NCBI GenBank assembly: GCA_964550205.1
Contig: CAZJYD010000001.1
Span: forward strand, 11,506-75,505
Reading direction: 5' to 3'
From: an uncultured Bacteroidales bacterium
GTDB lineage: Bacteria > Bacteroidota > Bacteroidia > Bacteroidales > JAIOZK01
Length of the DNA stretch: 64,000 nucleotides
Positions 1-6,564 of the stretch are shown piece by piece. Within the stretch, counting starts at the first letter, position 1; each line of letters begins with the position of its first letter. The notes beneath the pieces were generated by a model. That model was not told the origin of the DNA. It saw only the letters and a program-made list of their open reading frames with translations, and did not search any database. A program made the translations under genes and the position numbers.

Positions 1-1679
1 TGATTGACAGCGCTTTTATAGATAATGACTGGTGTTATCAGATCATGTTTAAATCCCGCAGGAAACAGGAGTTAACTTTCATGGGCGAGTTTTGGGTTAA
101 TGATACAAGCTGGGCGATAAAAAATGTAAATATAAAAATTGCTAAAGATGCAAATATTAATTTTATCAATAATATTACTGTAAAACAAGAATACGATGAA
201 ATTGATGGTAAATACTGGATGTTAACCAAAGATTATTTCTTGGCAGATTTTAATATTATTCAGAACTCACGAAAGACTTTCGGTTTTTATGGTCATAAAA
301 CCACTACCTATCGTAATTTTATTTTCAATAAACCCAAACCAGGAAAGTTTTATCAAACCCCGGTAAGTGTTTATGTTGAAGAAGGTTCTTATGATAAAGA
401 CAGTGAATACTGGGAAGTGGCCCGTCATGAGAAACTTACCGAAAGAGAAAGATCTATTTATGAAATGGTTGATTCTGTGAAAAGTGTTCCGGTTTTCAGA
501 ACATGGGTGGATTTTTTCTATCTGATCACAAATGGCTACCTGGTTTGGGGACCTGTAGAAGTTGGGCCTCTTTATAAAGCAATTAGTTTTAATCCGGTTG
601 AGGGAGTTAGGTTAAGAGTTGGCGGACGAACGAGCAATCAGTTCAGTAAGAATTTGATGATTGACGGCCATGTTGCATACGGAACCAAAGACGAACGTTT
701 AAAATATGGTTTGGGATTCTTATATATGTTGTCTAAAAATCCCAAAAAAGCAGTAAGCGCATCATATCTTTATGACATGGAACAACTGGGAGAGAGTCAG
801 AATGCTTTTAGTGAGGATAATTTATTCTCTTCATTGTTAAGGAGGAGCCCGGCGGATAAGTTATCAATGGTTCGTCAGTATAAGCTGGGCTATAATCATG
901 AATGGTTTACAGGTTTTTCAACCACATTAAATCTCATACATCGCGATATTAAGCCTTTTAAGGATGAGAATTTTATCATATATAATGATGGTAAAACACT
1001 GGAAAAGAATTCTATTGTTACCTCCGAAATAGGTCTTGATTTACGTTTTGCTTATAATGAAAAGTTTGTGATGGGTGAGTTTGAAAGGATAAGCCTCGGT
1101 ACCACATATCCTGTTTTGGATATTAAATACGGTTATGGAGTTCCCAATGTATTAAATGGCGAATATAGTTATCATCGTTTACAAGTGGGTTTAAGACATT
1201 GGTTTAATGTTTTTTCTTTTGGCTGGTCGAAATATATCATTGAAGCCGGTAAGATATTTGGCAAGCTTCCCTATCCTTTATTAAAGCTTCATCCTGGAAA
1301 TGAAACATTCATTTTTGATGAATATGCCTATAATCTGATGAATTATTATGAATTTGTAAGCGATCAATATATCAGTGTTTATTACACACATCATTTTGAT
1401 GGTTTATTATTAAACAAAATTCCCTTGATGAGAAAACTAAAGTTCAGGGAAGTTGCGTTTATTAAGGGTGTTTGGGGTACACTCAGCAATGAGAACAAGG
1501 ATTATTCCGAGTTACCGCATGAATCCTATACATTAAAAAGACCTTATGTGGAAACAGGAGTGGGTATAGAAAATATATTGCAAATTTTCAGGATTGATGC
1601 AGTATGGCGATTAACTCATTTGGATCATCCCGATGTAACCAGATTTGCTTTGTTCTTTTCATTTCATTTTTATTTCTGA
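1..1679 (+). CDS. DUF5686-family protein (outer-membrane-barrel-like C-terminal part), 5' end cut by window edge
   Basis: The reading frame is open from base 3 (IDSAFIDNDWCYQIMFKS...), so the ATG at 45 is probably internal. The C-terminal ~500 aa align by eye with 11243..13705 (GKLPYPLLKL vs GDLPYCNLYN; YISVYYTHHFDGLLLNK vs YLSLYISHNFGKLLLRK). The protein ends in FHFYF, an OMP-like terminal Phe. Confidence 0.7.
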   Translation, partial: IDSAFIDNDWCYQIMFKSRRKQELTFMGEFWVNDTSWAIKNVNIKIAKDANINFINNITVKQEYDEIDGKYWMLTKDYFLADFNIIQNSRKTFGFYGHKTTTYRNFIFNKPKPGKFYQTPVSVYVEEGSYDKDSEYWEVARHEKLTERERSIYEMVDSVKSVPVFRTWVDFFYLITNGYLVWGPVEVGPLYKAISFNPVEGVRLRVGGRTSNQFSKNLMIDGHVAYGTKDERLKYGLGFLYMLSKNPKKAVSASYLYDMEQLGESQNAFSEDNLFSSLLRRSPADKLSMVRQYKLGYNHEWFTGFSTTLNLIHRDIKPFKDENFIIYNDGKTLEKNSIVTSEIGLDLRFAYNEKFVMGEFERISLGTTYPVLDIKYGYGVPNVLNGEYSYHRLQVGLRHWFNVFSFGWSKYIIEAGKIFGKLPYPLLKLHPGNETFIFDEYAYNLMNYYEFVSDQYISVYYTHHFDGLLLNKIPLMRKLKFREVAFIKGVWGTLSNENKDYSELPHESYTLKRPYVETGVGIENILQIFRIDAVWRLTHLDHPDVTRFALFFSFHFYF

Positions 1680-1717
1680 TGAGGGGGTGTTTGACTAAAT
1701 AAATAGTTTGATCATTA

Positions 1718-1876
1718 TGGATAGCCCCGTACTTTAGGGCGGGGTCGTTATAATTATTGATCACACTCATGCAAAACCCTTAAAAATTTATTTTACAATA
1801 AAAATTTTTTAAGGATTTTGCTATAACTTTAGAGTTGTATTCATTTGGTCCTTGCCCTGTAGGACGGGGCTATCCA
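1718..1876. repeat. MITE-/inverton-like element with ~29-bp imperfect terminal inverted repeats and a central long hairpin
   Basis: Left arm 1718-1746 and right arm 1848-1876 share a perfect 13-bp core, TGGATAGCCCCGT (1718-1730) / ACGGGGCTATCCA (1864-1876); about 10 of the next 16 positions also match. Each arm has its own CCCCG..CGGGG-type mini-hairpin. The centre has a 19-nt-arm hairpin, GCAAAACCCTTAAAAATTT (1771-1789) / AATTTTTTAAGGATTTTGC (1803-1821), matching at 17 of 19 positions. Confidence 0.5.
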
Positions 1877-1927
1877 ATTAAGAATAAAAACTATATATGA
1901 ATTAATTATTCACGCTGAATGATTTTA

Positions 1928-1935
1928 TATATTTG
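1928..1935 (+). promoter_or_regulatory. Candidate Bacteroidota -7 box (TATATTTG = TAnnTTTG) for lptB
   Basis: Exact match to the TAnnTTTG consensus, 39 nt upstream of the ATG at 1974. No clear -33 TTTG was seen. Confidence 0.35.
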
Positions 1936-1973
1936 CATCAATATATTCTTGATCAGTCGATAACAGTTTTTAA

Positions 1974-2699
1974 ATGATATTAAGGACGGAAAAAATAGTA
2001 AAAAGATACCGGCAGCGCACAGTAGTCAACGAAGTATCGCTGGATGTGCAGCAGGGAGAAATAGTTGGATTGCTTGGTCCTAACGGAGCCGGTAAAACAA
2101 CTTCTTTTTATATAATCGTGGGCTTAATAAAGCCTTATTCCGGGAAAGTATTTCTTGAAGATAAAGATATAACCAAAGAGCCAATGTATAAGCGTTCTCA
2201 GAGGGGTATTGGATATCTTGCTCAGGAAGCATCGGTGTTCAGACAGTTAAGTGTGGAGGATAACCTGAAGGCTGTTCTGGAGTTTACAAACTTCACCAAA
2301 AAACAACAAAGGGAGCGCCTTGAATCACTTATTGAAGAATTTGGTCTTTCGCATGTAAGAAAAAGCAAAGGAATAACATTGTCGGGAGGGGAACGACGCA
2401 GGACTGAAATTGCCCGGGCATTGGCTGTTGATCCCAAATTCTTTCTGCTTGATGAGCCCTTTGCGGGCGTCGACCCAATAGCCGTTGAAGATATTCAGGA
2501 TATTGTTTCCAGGCTCAAGGATAAAAATATCGGAGTACTGATTACCGATCATAATGTTCATGAAACACTTTCCATTACAGATCGTTCCTATTTGCTTTTT
2601 GAGGGAAGTATTTTAAAATCAGGCACCTCTGAAGAACTAGCCGAAGATGAGCATGTCAGGAAAGTATACCTTGGTGAAAGTTTTGAACTGAGAAGATAG
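1974..2699 (+). CDS. lptB: LPS export ABC transporter ATP-binding protein
   Basis: Walker [13 protein letters not shown] signature LSGGERRR and Walker [11 protein letters not shown]. The 241-aa length and the N-terminus ([28 protein letters not shown]) are typical of LptB. Confidence 0.9.
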   Translation: MILRTEKIVKRYRQRTVVNEVSLDVQQGEIVGLLGPNGAGKTTSFYIIVGLIKPYSGKVFLEDKDITKEPMYKRSQRGIGYLAQEASVFRQLSVEDNLKAVLEFTNFTKKQQRERLESLIEEFGLSHVRKSKGITLSGGERRRTEIARALAVDPKFFLLDEPFAGVDPIAVEDIQDIVSRLKDKNIGVLITDHNVHETLSITDRSYLLFEGSILKSGTSEELAEDEHVRKVYLGESFELRR

Positions 2700-2719
2700 T
2701 TTTAAATTTTACCAGGTAT

Positions 2720-3442
2720 TTAGTTAGTTAATTTTCCGCTGAATGAGTAAAACAAAGAAATTAAAAGGTAAAGAAGAATAATTATGGGGACTGCTTTAAA
2801 ATAATATAATATCAGTAGTACAAGAGATAAAACCACAAAGACATACCTGACCTGATTTCCTTTCCATGAATACCTTTTAAACTTTAATGAGAACATTGGA
2901 ATTTCACTAACCAGGAGAATTGAAAAAACAATCGAAAAGCCAAAAAGGAACCATGAATTTACAATTAAATGCGACAGCCAGGTCATATCAGGACTTTCCT
3001 GATTGTATATCATAGGAAAGGAAGCTATCAGAATAGCATTGGCAGGTACGGGTAATCCTATAAATTGATTTTTTTGGCGGGTATCAATATTGAACTTTGC
3101 CAGGCGTATTGCAGAAAATACTGGTATAAGAAAACTGCTGATCTGAATTATTTTTATTGTATCGTAAAAATTATAGCTGTTTTCGAAAAGATGATATATT
3201 ATAAATGCCGGAGCTACACCGAAAGATACGATATCAGCAAGGGAATCAAGTTGTTTGCCTAATTCGGAGCTGACATTTAATGCCCTGGCAACTGTTCCGT
3301 CTAAAAAATCTGATAGAGCAGCGAGGAAAATAAATATAGCCGCATTGAACAAATCATTATTAAAAGCATAAGCTATTGCGAAACAACCGAAAACGAGGTT
3401 AAATAATGTAAAGGCGTTTGGGATATTTTTTTTAATGTTCAT
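2720..3442 (-). CDS. pssA: CDP-diacylglycerol--serine O-phosphatidyltransferase (CDP-alcohol phosphatidyltransferase family)
   Basis: Contains the motif DFLDGTVARALNVSSELGKQLDSLADIVSFG (D-x2-DG-x2-AR...G-x3-D-x3-D). It is a polytopic membrane protein of 240 aa. Confidence 0.85.
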   Translation of the reverse strand: MNIKKNIPNAFTLFNLVFGCFAIAYAFNNDLFNAAIFIFLAALSDFLDGTVARALNVSSELGKQLDSLADIVSFGVAPAFIIYHLFENSYNFYDTIKIIQISSFLIPVFSAIRLAKFNIDTRQKNQFIGLPVPANAILIASFPMIYNQESPDMTWLSHLIVNSWFLFGFSIVFSILLVSEIPMFSLKFKRYSWKGNQVRYVFVVLSLVLLILYYFKAVPIIILLYLLISLFYSFSGKLTN

Positions 3443-3548
3443 TGTATATTGGTTTTGGTAGCATAAAGATAAGAAGTACTATGGACATTAAAAGTAGATT
3501 GGATTAAAAGAATTTGATTTAATTTAGCAAGCAGACACTTCCTCACTC

Positions 3549-3566
3549 ATCTCGTTTGGACGAGAT
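3549..3566. repeat. Short hairpin ATCTCGT-TTGG-ACGAGAT in the pssA/queA intergenic region
   Basis: Perfect 7-bp stem with a 4-nt loop, followed by GTCAGGATGAC. It lies in GC-enriched patches within otherwise AT-rich intergenic DNA. Confidence 0.5.
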
Positions 3567-3613
3567 AAGTTCGTCAGGATGACAGATTAATTATTATACT
3601 ACAGGTGGAACAT

Positions 3614-3665
3614 GTCATTTCGACCAAATGCATTGAGCGAAGGGAAATGCAGAAGGGAGAAATCT
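3614..3665. repeat. Intergenic repeat, CATTTCGA...GAGCGAAGGGAAATGCAGAA type (copy 1)
   Basis: GTCATTTCGACCAAATGCATTGAGCGAAGGGAAATGCAGAAGGGAGAAATCT resembles 5375-5411 (ACCATTTCGAAACATAGAGACGAAGGAAAGTAGAAAC). The shared blocks are CATTTCGA and GA(G)CGAAGG(G)AAA.G.AGAA. Confidence 0.45.
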
Positions 3666-3759
3666 ATTGGCTATATGTATTGATTTATCTCAAGTAAATT
3701 TTTTATTTTTATAGTAATCCTATAGTTAAATAGAAGTGTCCCTTTTATTAATTTCCAAT

Positions 3760-3767
3760 TACTTTTG
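3760..3767 (+). promoter_or_regulatory. Candidate -7 box (TACTTTTG) for queA
   Basis: Matches TAnnTTTG and lies 20 nt upstream of the ATG at 3787. It falls inside the longer GTG-started ORF from the track, which argues for the 3787 start. Confidence 0.4.
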
Positions 3768-3786
3768 CAGTAAATGCTTACTATTT

Positions 3787-5058
3787 ATGGATGATCCTCG
3801 AAATATTAAAATTAACAGCTATTACTATGATCTTCCGGAGGAGAGAATAGCAAAATTTCCTTTGGAAGAAAGGGATTCATCAAAATTGCTGATTTATAAA
3901 TATGGACATATTACTGAAGATGTTTTCAGAAATATCGCTAAACACTTGTCAGATAAGAGCTTTATGATCATTAATGAAACCAGGGTGATACAGGCCCGTT
4001 TGATCTTCAGAAAAGAAACGGGAGCAAAGATCGAGATTTTTTGCCTCGAACCATTGCAGCCATTCACTGACATACAGAGGGCTTACCAGGTAAAGGAAAA
4101 TGCTGTATGGAAGTGTTTCGTGGGAAATTCGAAAAGGTGGAAATCGGGAGATCTGCATTATAAAGGTCGGGCAGGAGATCAGGAATTTGAGCTTACGGCA
4201 AAAAGAATTAAAAGGACTGGTCAGACCTCGGAAATATTATTTTCCTGGAAACCAAATGATTTAACTTTTTCTGAAATTTTAGAATCGACAGGATTGGTTC
4301 CGTTACCACCCTATTTAAAAAGAAAACCTGTTGATTCGGATAAGCAGAGATACCAAACCATATATGCGCGAAATGATGGATCTGTTGCAGCACCTACGGC
4401 AGGTTTTCATTTTACGGATAAAGTAATGAAAGGCCTTGCCAATAGGGGAATTGAAACAGGTAAAATAACACTGCATGTAGGAGCAGGTACCTTTAAACCT
4501 GTTATCAGCGAAAGTATCATAGGGCACGAAATGCATTATGAGAAGGTATTCATTAAAAGGTCATTTATAGAGCAATTGATAAATAATCTGGATGAAAATA
4601 TCATTGCAGTGGGAACTACTACAGTGCGCTCATTGGAAAGTCTTTATTGGCTTGCCGCTCAGATTTTTCAAAATGACAAGGAAATTGATGAATTAAATAT
4701 TTCTCAATGGGAACCTTACCAGAACAGAGACCCGCAGTTATCCAGAAGGGAGGCTGTTTCTGTTGTTCTGGATTGGATGAAAAAAACGAAAAGGCAGGAA
4801 ATAACAGGGTCTACCCAGCTTATGATTGCACCTGGTTACCAGTATAAGATGATCGATATTATGGTAACAAATTTTCATCAGCCCAAAAGCACACTATTGC
4901 TATTGGTTGCGGCCTTCATCGGAGACGATTGGAAAAAAGCCTATAATTATGCTCTTGAAAATGATTTCAGGTTTTTAAGTTATGGTGATAGTTGTTTGTT
5001 TTTTAATCCGGACAATACAGCAATCCAGGTGCGTGGATGTATCAATGTCTTTTCATAA
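3787..5058 (+). CDS. queA: S-adenosylmethionine:tRNA ribosyltransferase-isomerase
   Basis: YDLPEERIAKFPLEERDSSKLL N-terminus, then GTTTVRSLES, VTNFHQPKSTLLLLVAAF and RFLSYGDSCLF. The start was moved from the GTG at 3736 to the ATG at 3787. At 423 aa the product is longer than the roughly 350-aa classical enzyme. Confidence 0.85.
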   Translation: MDDPRNIKINSYYYDLPEERIAKFPLEERDSSKLLIYKYGHITEDVFRNIAKHLSDKSFMIINETRVIQARLIFRKETGAKIEIFCLEPLQPFTDIQRAYQVKENAVWKCFVGNSKRWKSGDLHYKGRAGDQEFELTAKRIKRTGQTSEILFSWKPNDLTFSEILESTGLVPLPPYLKRKPVDSDKQRYQTIYARNDGSVAAPTAGFHFTDKVMKGLANRGIETGKITLHVGAGTFKPVISESIIGHEMHYEKVFIKRSFIEQLINNLDENIIAVGTTTVRSLESLYWLAAQIFQNDKEIDELNISQWEPYQNRDPQLSRREAVSVVLDWMKKTKRQEITGSTQLMIAPGYQYKMIDIMVTNFHQPKSTLLLLVAAFIGDDWKKAYNYALENDFRFLSYGDSCLFFNPDNTAIQVRGCINVFS

Positions 5059-5087
5059 TATAGATAATTCATGATTTTGAATAGTGT

Positions 5088-5156
5088 GACCTTTCCGAGG
5101 TCGTTGTTATTCCTTTGCATTAATATATTCTAAAATAATTTGATCCCTACCGGATC
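5088..5156. repeat. Two short GC-rich hairpins (GACCT-TTCCG-AGGTC at 5088-5102; GATCC-CTACC-GGATC at 5142-5156)
   Basis: Perfect 5-bp stems with 5-nt loops, read directly. The first lies 30 nt after the queA stop. Confidence 0.5.
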
Positions 5157-5226
5157 AATTTTCTATAAAAACTTCCTGCAAGTTAAGAAATTCGAATAAT
5201 ACTAAAAAGAAGTTAGTAATATATAT

Positions 5227-5297
5227 GACTTTGGGGAAGTCGAATTATTTTAAAAAAATATGCAAGTCGGTTAAAGACTTCGGAGAAGTGGAATTAT
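5227..5297. repeat. Direct repeat pair, each unit carrying a GACTT-N5-AAGT(C) hairpin
   Basis: GACTTTGGGGAAGTCGAATTAT (5227-5248) and GACTTCGGAGAAGTGGAATTAT (5276-5297) are identical at about 19 of 22 positions and their starts are 49 bp apart. Confidence 0.55.
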
Positions 5298-5330
5298 ACT
5301 AGCTAAATCTGAAAAAATTTGAATCATTTA

Positions 5331-5362
5331 TGGAGTAATGGAGTGTTGGAGTGATGGTGTTA
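5331..5362. repeat. 8-bp micro-tandem repeat (TGGAGTAA TGGAGTGT TGGAGTGA TGGTGTTA)
   Basis: Four consecutive 8-mers, the last one degenerate, read directly. Confidence 0.6.
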
Positions 5363-5374
5363 TTTGTAACAATT

Positions 5375-5411
5375 ACCATTTCGAAACATAGAGACGAAGG
5401 AAAGTAGAAAC
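5375..5411. repeat. Intergenic repeat, CATTTCGA...GACGAAGGAAAGTAGAA type (copy 2)
   Basis: See 3614-3665; the same motif blocks occur in the same order. Confidence 0.45.
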
Positions 5412-5480
5412 TAAGAGACTGAGAGATTGAGCGATTGCACGATGTAACGATTTGTCCAATCATACAACTATCCTTCGTTT

Positions 5481-5502
5481 GGCGTAGCGTCTTCGCTACG
5501 CC
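5481..5502. repeat. GC-rich hairpin GGCGTAGCG-TCTT-CGCTACGCC (GTAGCG family, inverted orientation)
   Basis: Perfect 9-bp stem with a 4-nt loop. The core GTAGCG/CGCTAC is shared with 5561-5583 and 32545-32582. Confidence 0.6.
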
Positions 5503-5560
5503 ATCCCGAAAAGGTAGCCATTTGTAGAAATAATAAGATCATGGTTAATGGTTTATTACC

Positions 5561-5583
5561 GGTGTAGCGAGGACGCTATAGTG
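5561..5583. repeat. Degenerate GTAGCG-family hairpin (GGTGTAGCG-AGGA-CGCTATAGTG)
   Basis: The 18 nt GGTGTAGCGAGGACGCTA (5561-5578) are identical to 32553-32570. The 3' arm is mutated, so the stem is imperfect. Confidence 0.6.
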
Positions 5584-5699
5584 ACCAGTAAAATTTAATT
5601 TTCCTTTCGCTAAAGCTAACGGCAATCCAAATGCATCTGCCAAACGACTAAGAAACTGCTCTCTTAATTATTGAAATATATCAACTCGAAAAACAATAA

Positions 5700-5731
5700 A
5701 ACAATGAATCAATGAAACAATGAATCAATGT
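5700..5731. repeat. 16-bp tandem duplication (AACAATGAATCAATGA / AACAATGAATCAATGT)
   Basis: Two adjacent copies identical at 15 of 16 positions, preceded by a partial copy (AACAATAA, 5692-5699). TAAACCTGTT occurs twice just downstream. Confidence 0.6.
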
Positions 5732-5742
5732 AAACCTGTTAA

Positions 5743-6137
5743 TTAAACCTGTTTCAACTTCCACCTCCCCCGTCTGAACAAAATTACTCCAATAAGTGTA
5801 AGCAGGGATTCGGATATTAAGATCGCATAATAAACACCTTTTTCTCCTACTCCTAATGATACGGCAAGGAGATAAGCCAAGGGTATTTCAACAAGCCAGA
5901 AACATATAAAATTGATCTTTGTGGGTGTTATTGTATCACCTGCTCCGTTGAATGCCTGCATCACCACCATTCCAAGTCCGTATGCCAGAAATCCAAAACT
6001 GATAATGCTTTCTTCTCACCAATCCTTCGGGATATCAATGCAGTGGTTCCAATACTCAAACCAAAACCGATAGCATAAACAAGGGTCATAATGGATTCAG
6101 TTATACCCACCGTGGCAATAGCATCAGCTCCCAATTT
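5743..6137 (-). pseudogene. MATE-family efflux transporter remnant (5'-truncated, large internal deletion with frame change)
   Basis: The minus-strand translation of 6137-6010 gives KLGADAIATVGITESIMTLVYAIGFGLSIGTTALISRRIGEKKA, which looks like the MATE TM1-2 region. From about 6003 a different frame gives SFGFLAYGLGMVVMQAFNGAGDTITPTKINFICFWLVEIPLAYLLA...RRGRWK, which looks like the MATE C-terminal TMs. No start codon is present (an in-frame TAA lies at 6152-6150). Only about 130 of the roughly 450 expected codons remain. Confidence 0.75.
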
Positions 6138-6211
6138 TAAACAAAAAAATTATTAACATTAAATTGCTGATAAAAACCAGATGTTTTACCTGCTTGTTGA
6201 TTTTTCTGTTT

Positions 6212-6219
6212 TATTTTTG
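6212..6219 (+). promoter_or_regulatory. Candidate -7 box (TATTTTTG) immediately upstream of the FtsB/DivIC-like gene
   Basis: Matches TAnnTTTG and ends only 4 nt before the ATG at 6224. Confidence 0.3.
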
Positions 6220-6223
6220 TAAT

Positions 6224-6520
6224 ATGATACGAATTCCAAAAATTATTAAAAACAAATATTTTTATACAAGTCTGGCATTTATTATCTGGCTACTCTTTTT
6301 CGATTCAAATAACCTGATCTATCAATCTAAGCTGTCCTCAAGGCTTAAACATGCCGAAGAGCAGGAAGAATTTTATCGCAATGAGATTAAAAATGACAGC
6401 ATTGCTATGCACAACCTTACTACCGATATCGATAACCTTGAAAAGTTTGCCCGTGAAAAGTATCTCATGAAAAAAGAAGATGAAGAGATTTACCTCATCT
6501 TCAGTGAAGAAGAGGATTGA
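6224..6520 (+). CDS. Septum formation initiator family protein (FtsB/DivIC-like)
   Basis: Single N-terminal TM (LAFIIWLLFF), a coiled-coil, and a C-terminal LEKFAREKYLMKKEDEEIY motif typical of DivIC/FtsB. The start was chosen at the internal ATG (MIRIPK...). Confidence 0.7.
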   Translation: MIRIPKIIKNKYFYTSLAFIIWLLFFDSNNLIYQSKLSSRLKHAEEQEEFYRNEIKNDSIAMHNLTTDIDNLEKFAREKYLMKKEDEEIYLIFSEEED

Positions 6521-6564
6521 TATAGCTTAGGTTACATGATCATTTTTTAGTAATGGTTTTTGTT

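Noticed and set aside
3736-3786. Upstream extended start codons proposed by the ORF track: queA 3736, FtsB-like 6164, AI-2E 14664, SRPBCC 23733, rsfS 25090, guaB 44509 and glyA 49241.
   Set aside because: The extensions add hydrophobic or junk N-termini not found in these families. They overlap candidate TAnnTTTG promoter boxes or the upstream gene, so internal ATGs that match the family N-termini were preferred.
5700-5731. Possible CRISPR-like array.
   Set aside because: There are only two directly abutting 16-bp copies with no spacers, and no cas genes anywhere in the window. It is a simple tandem duplication.
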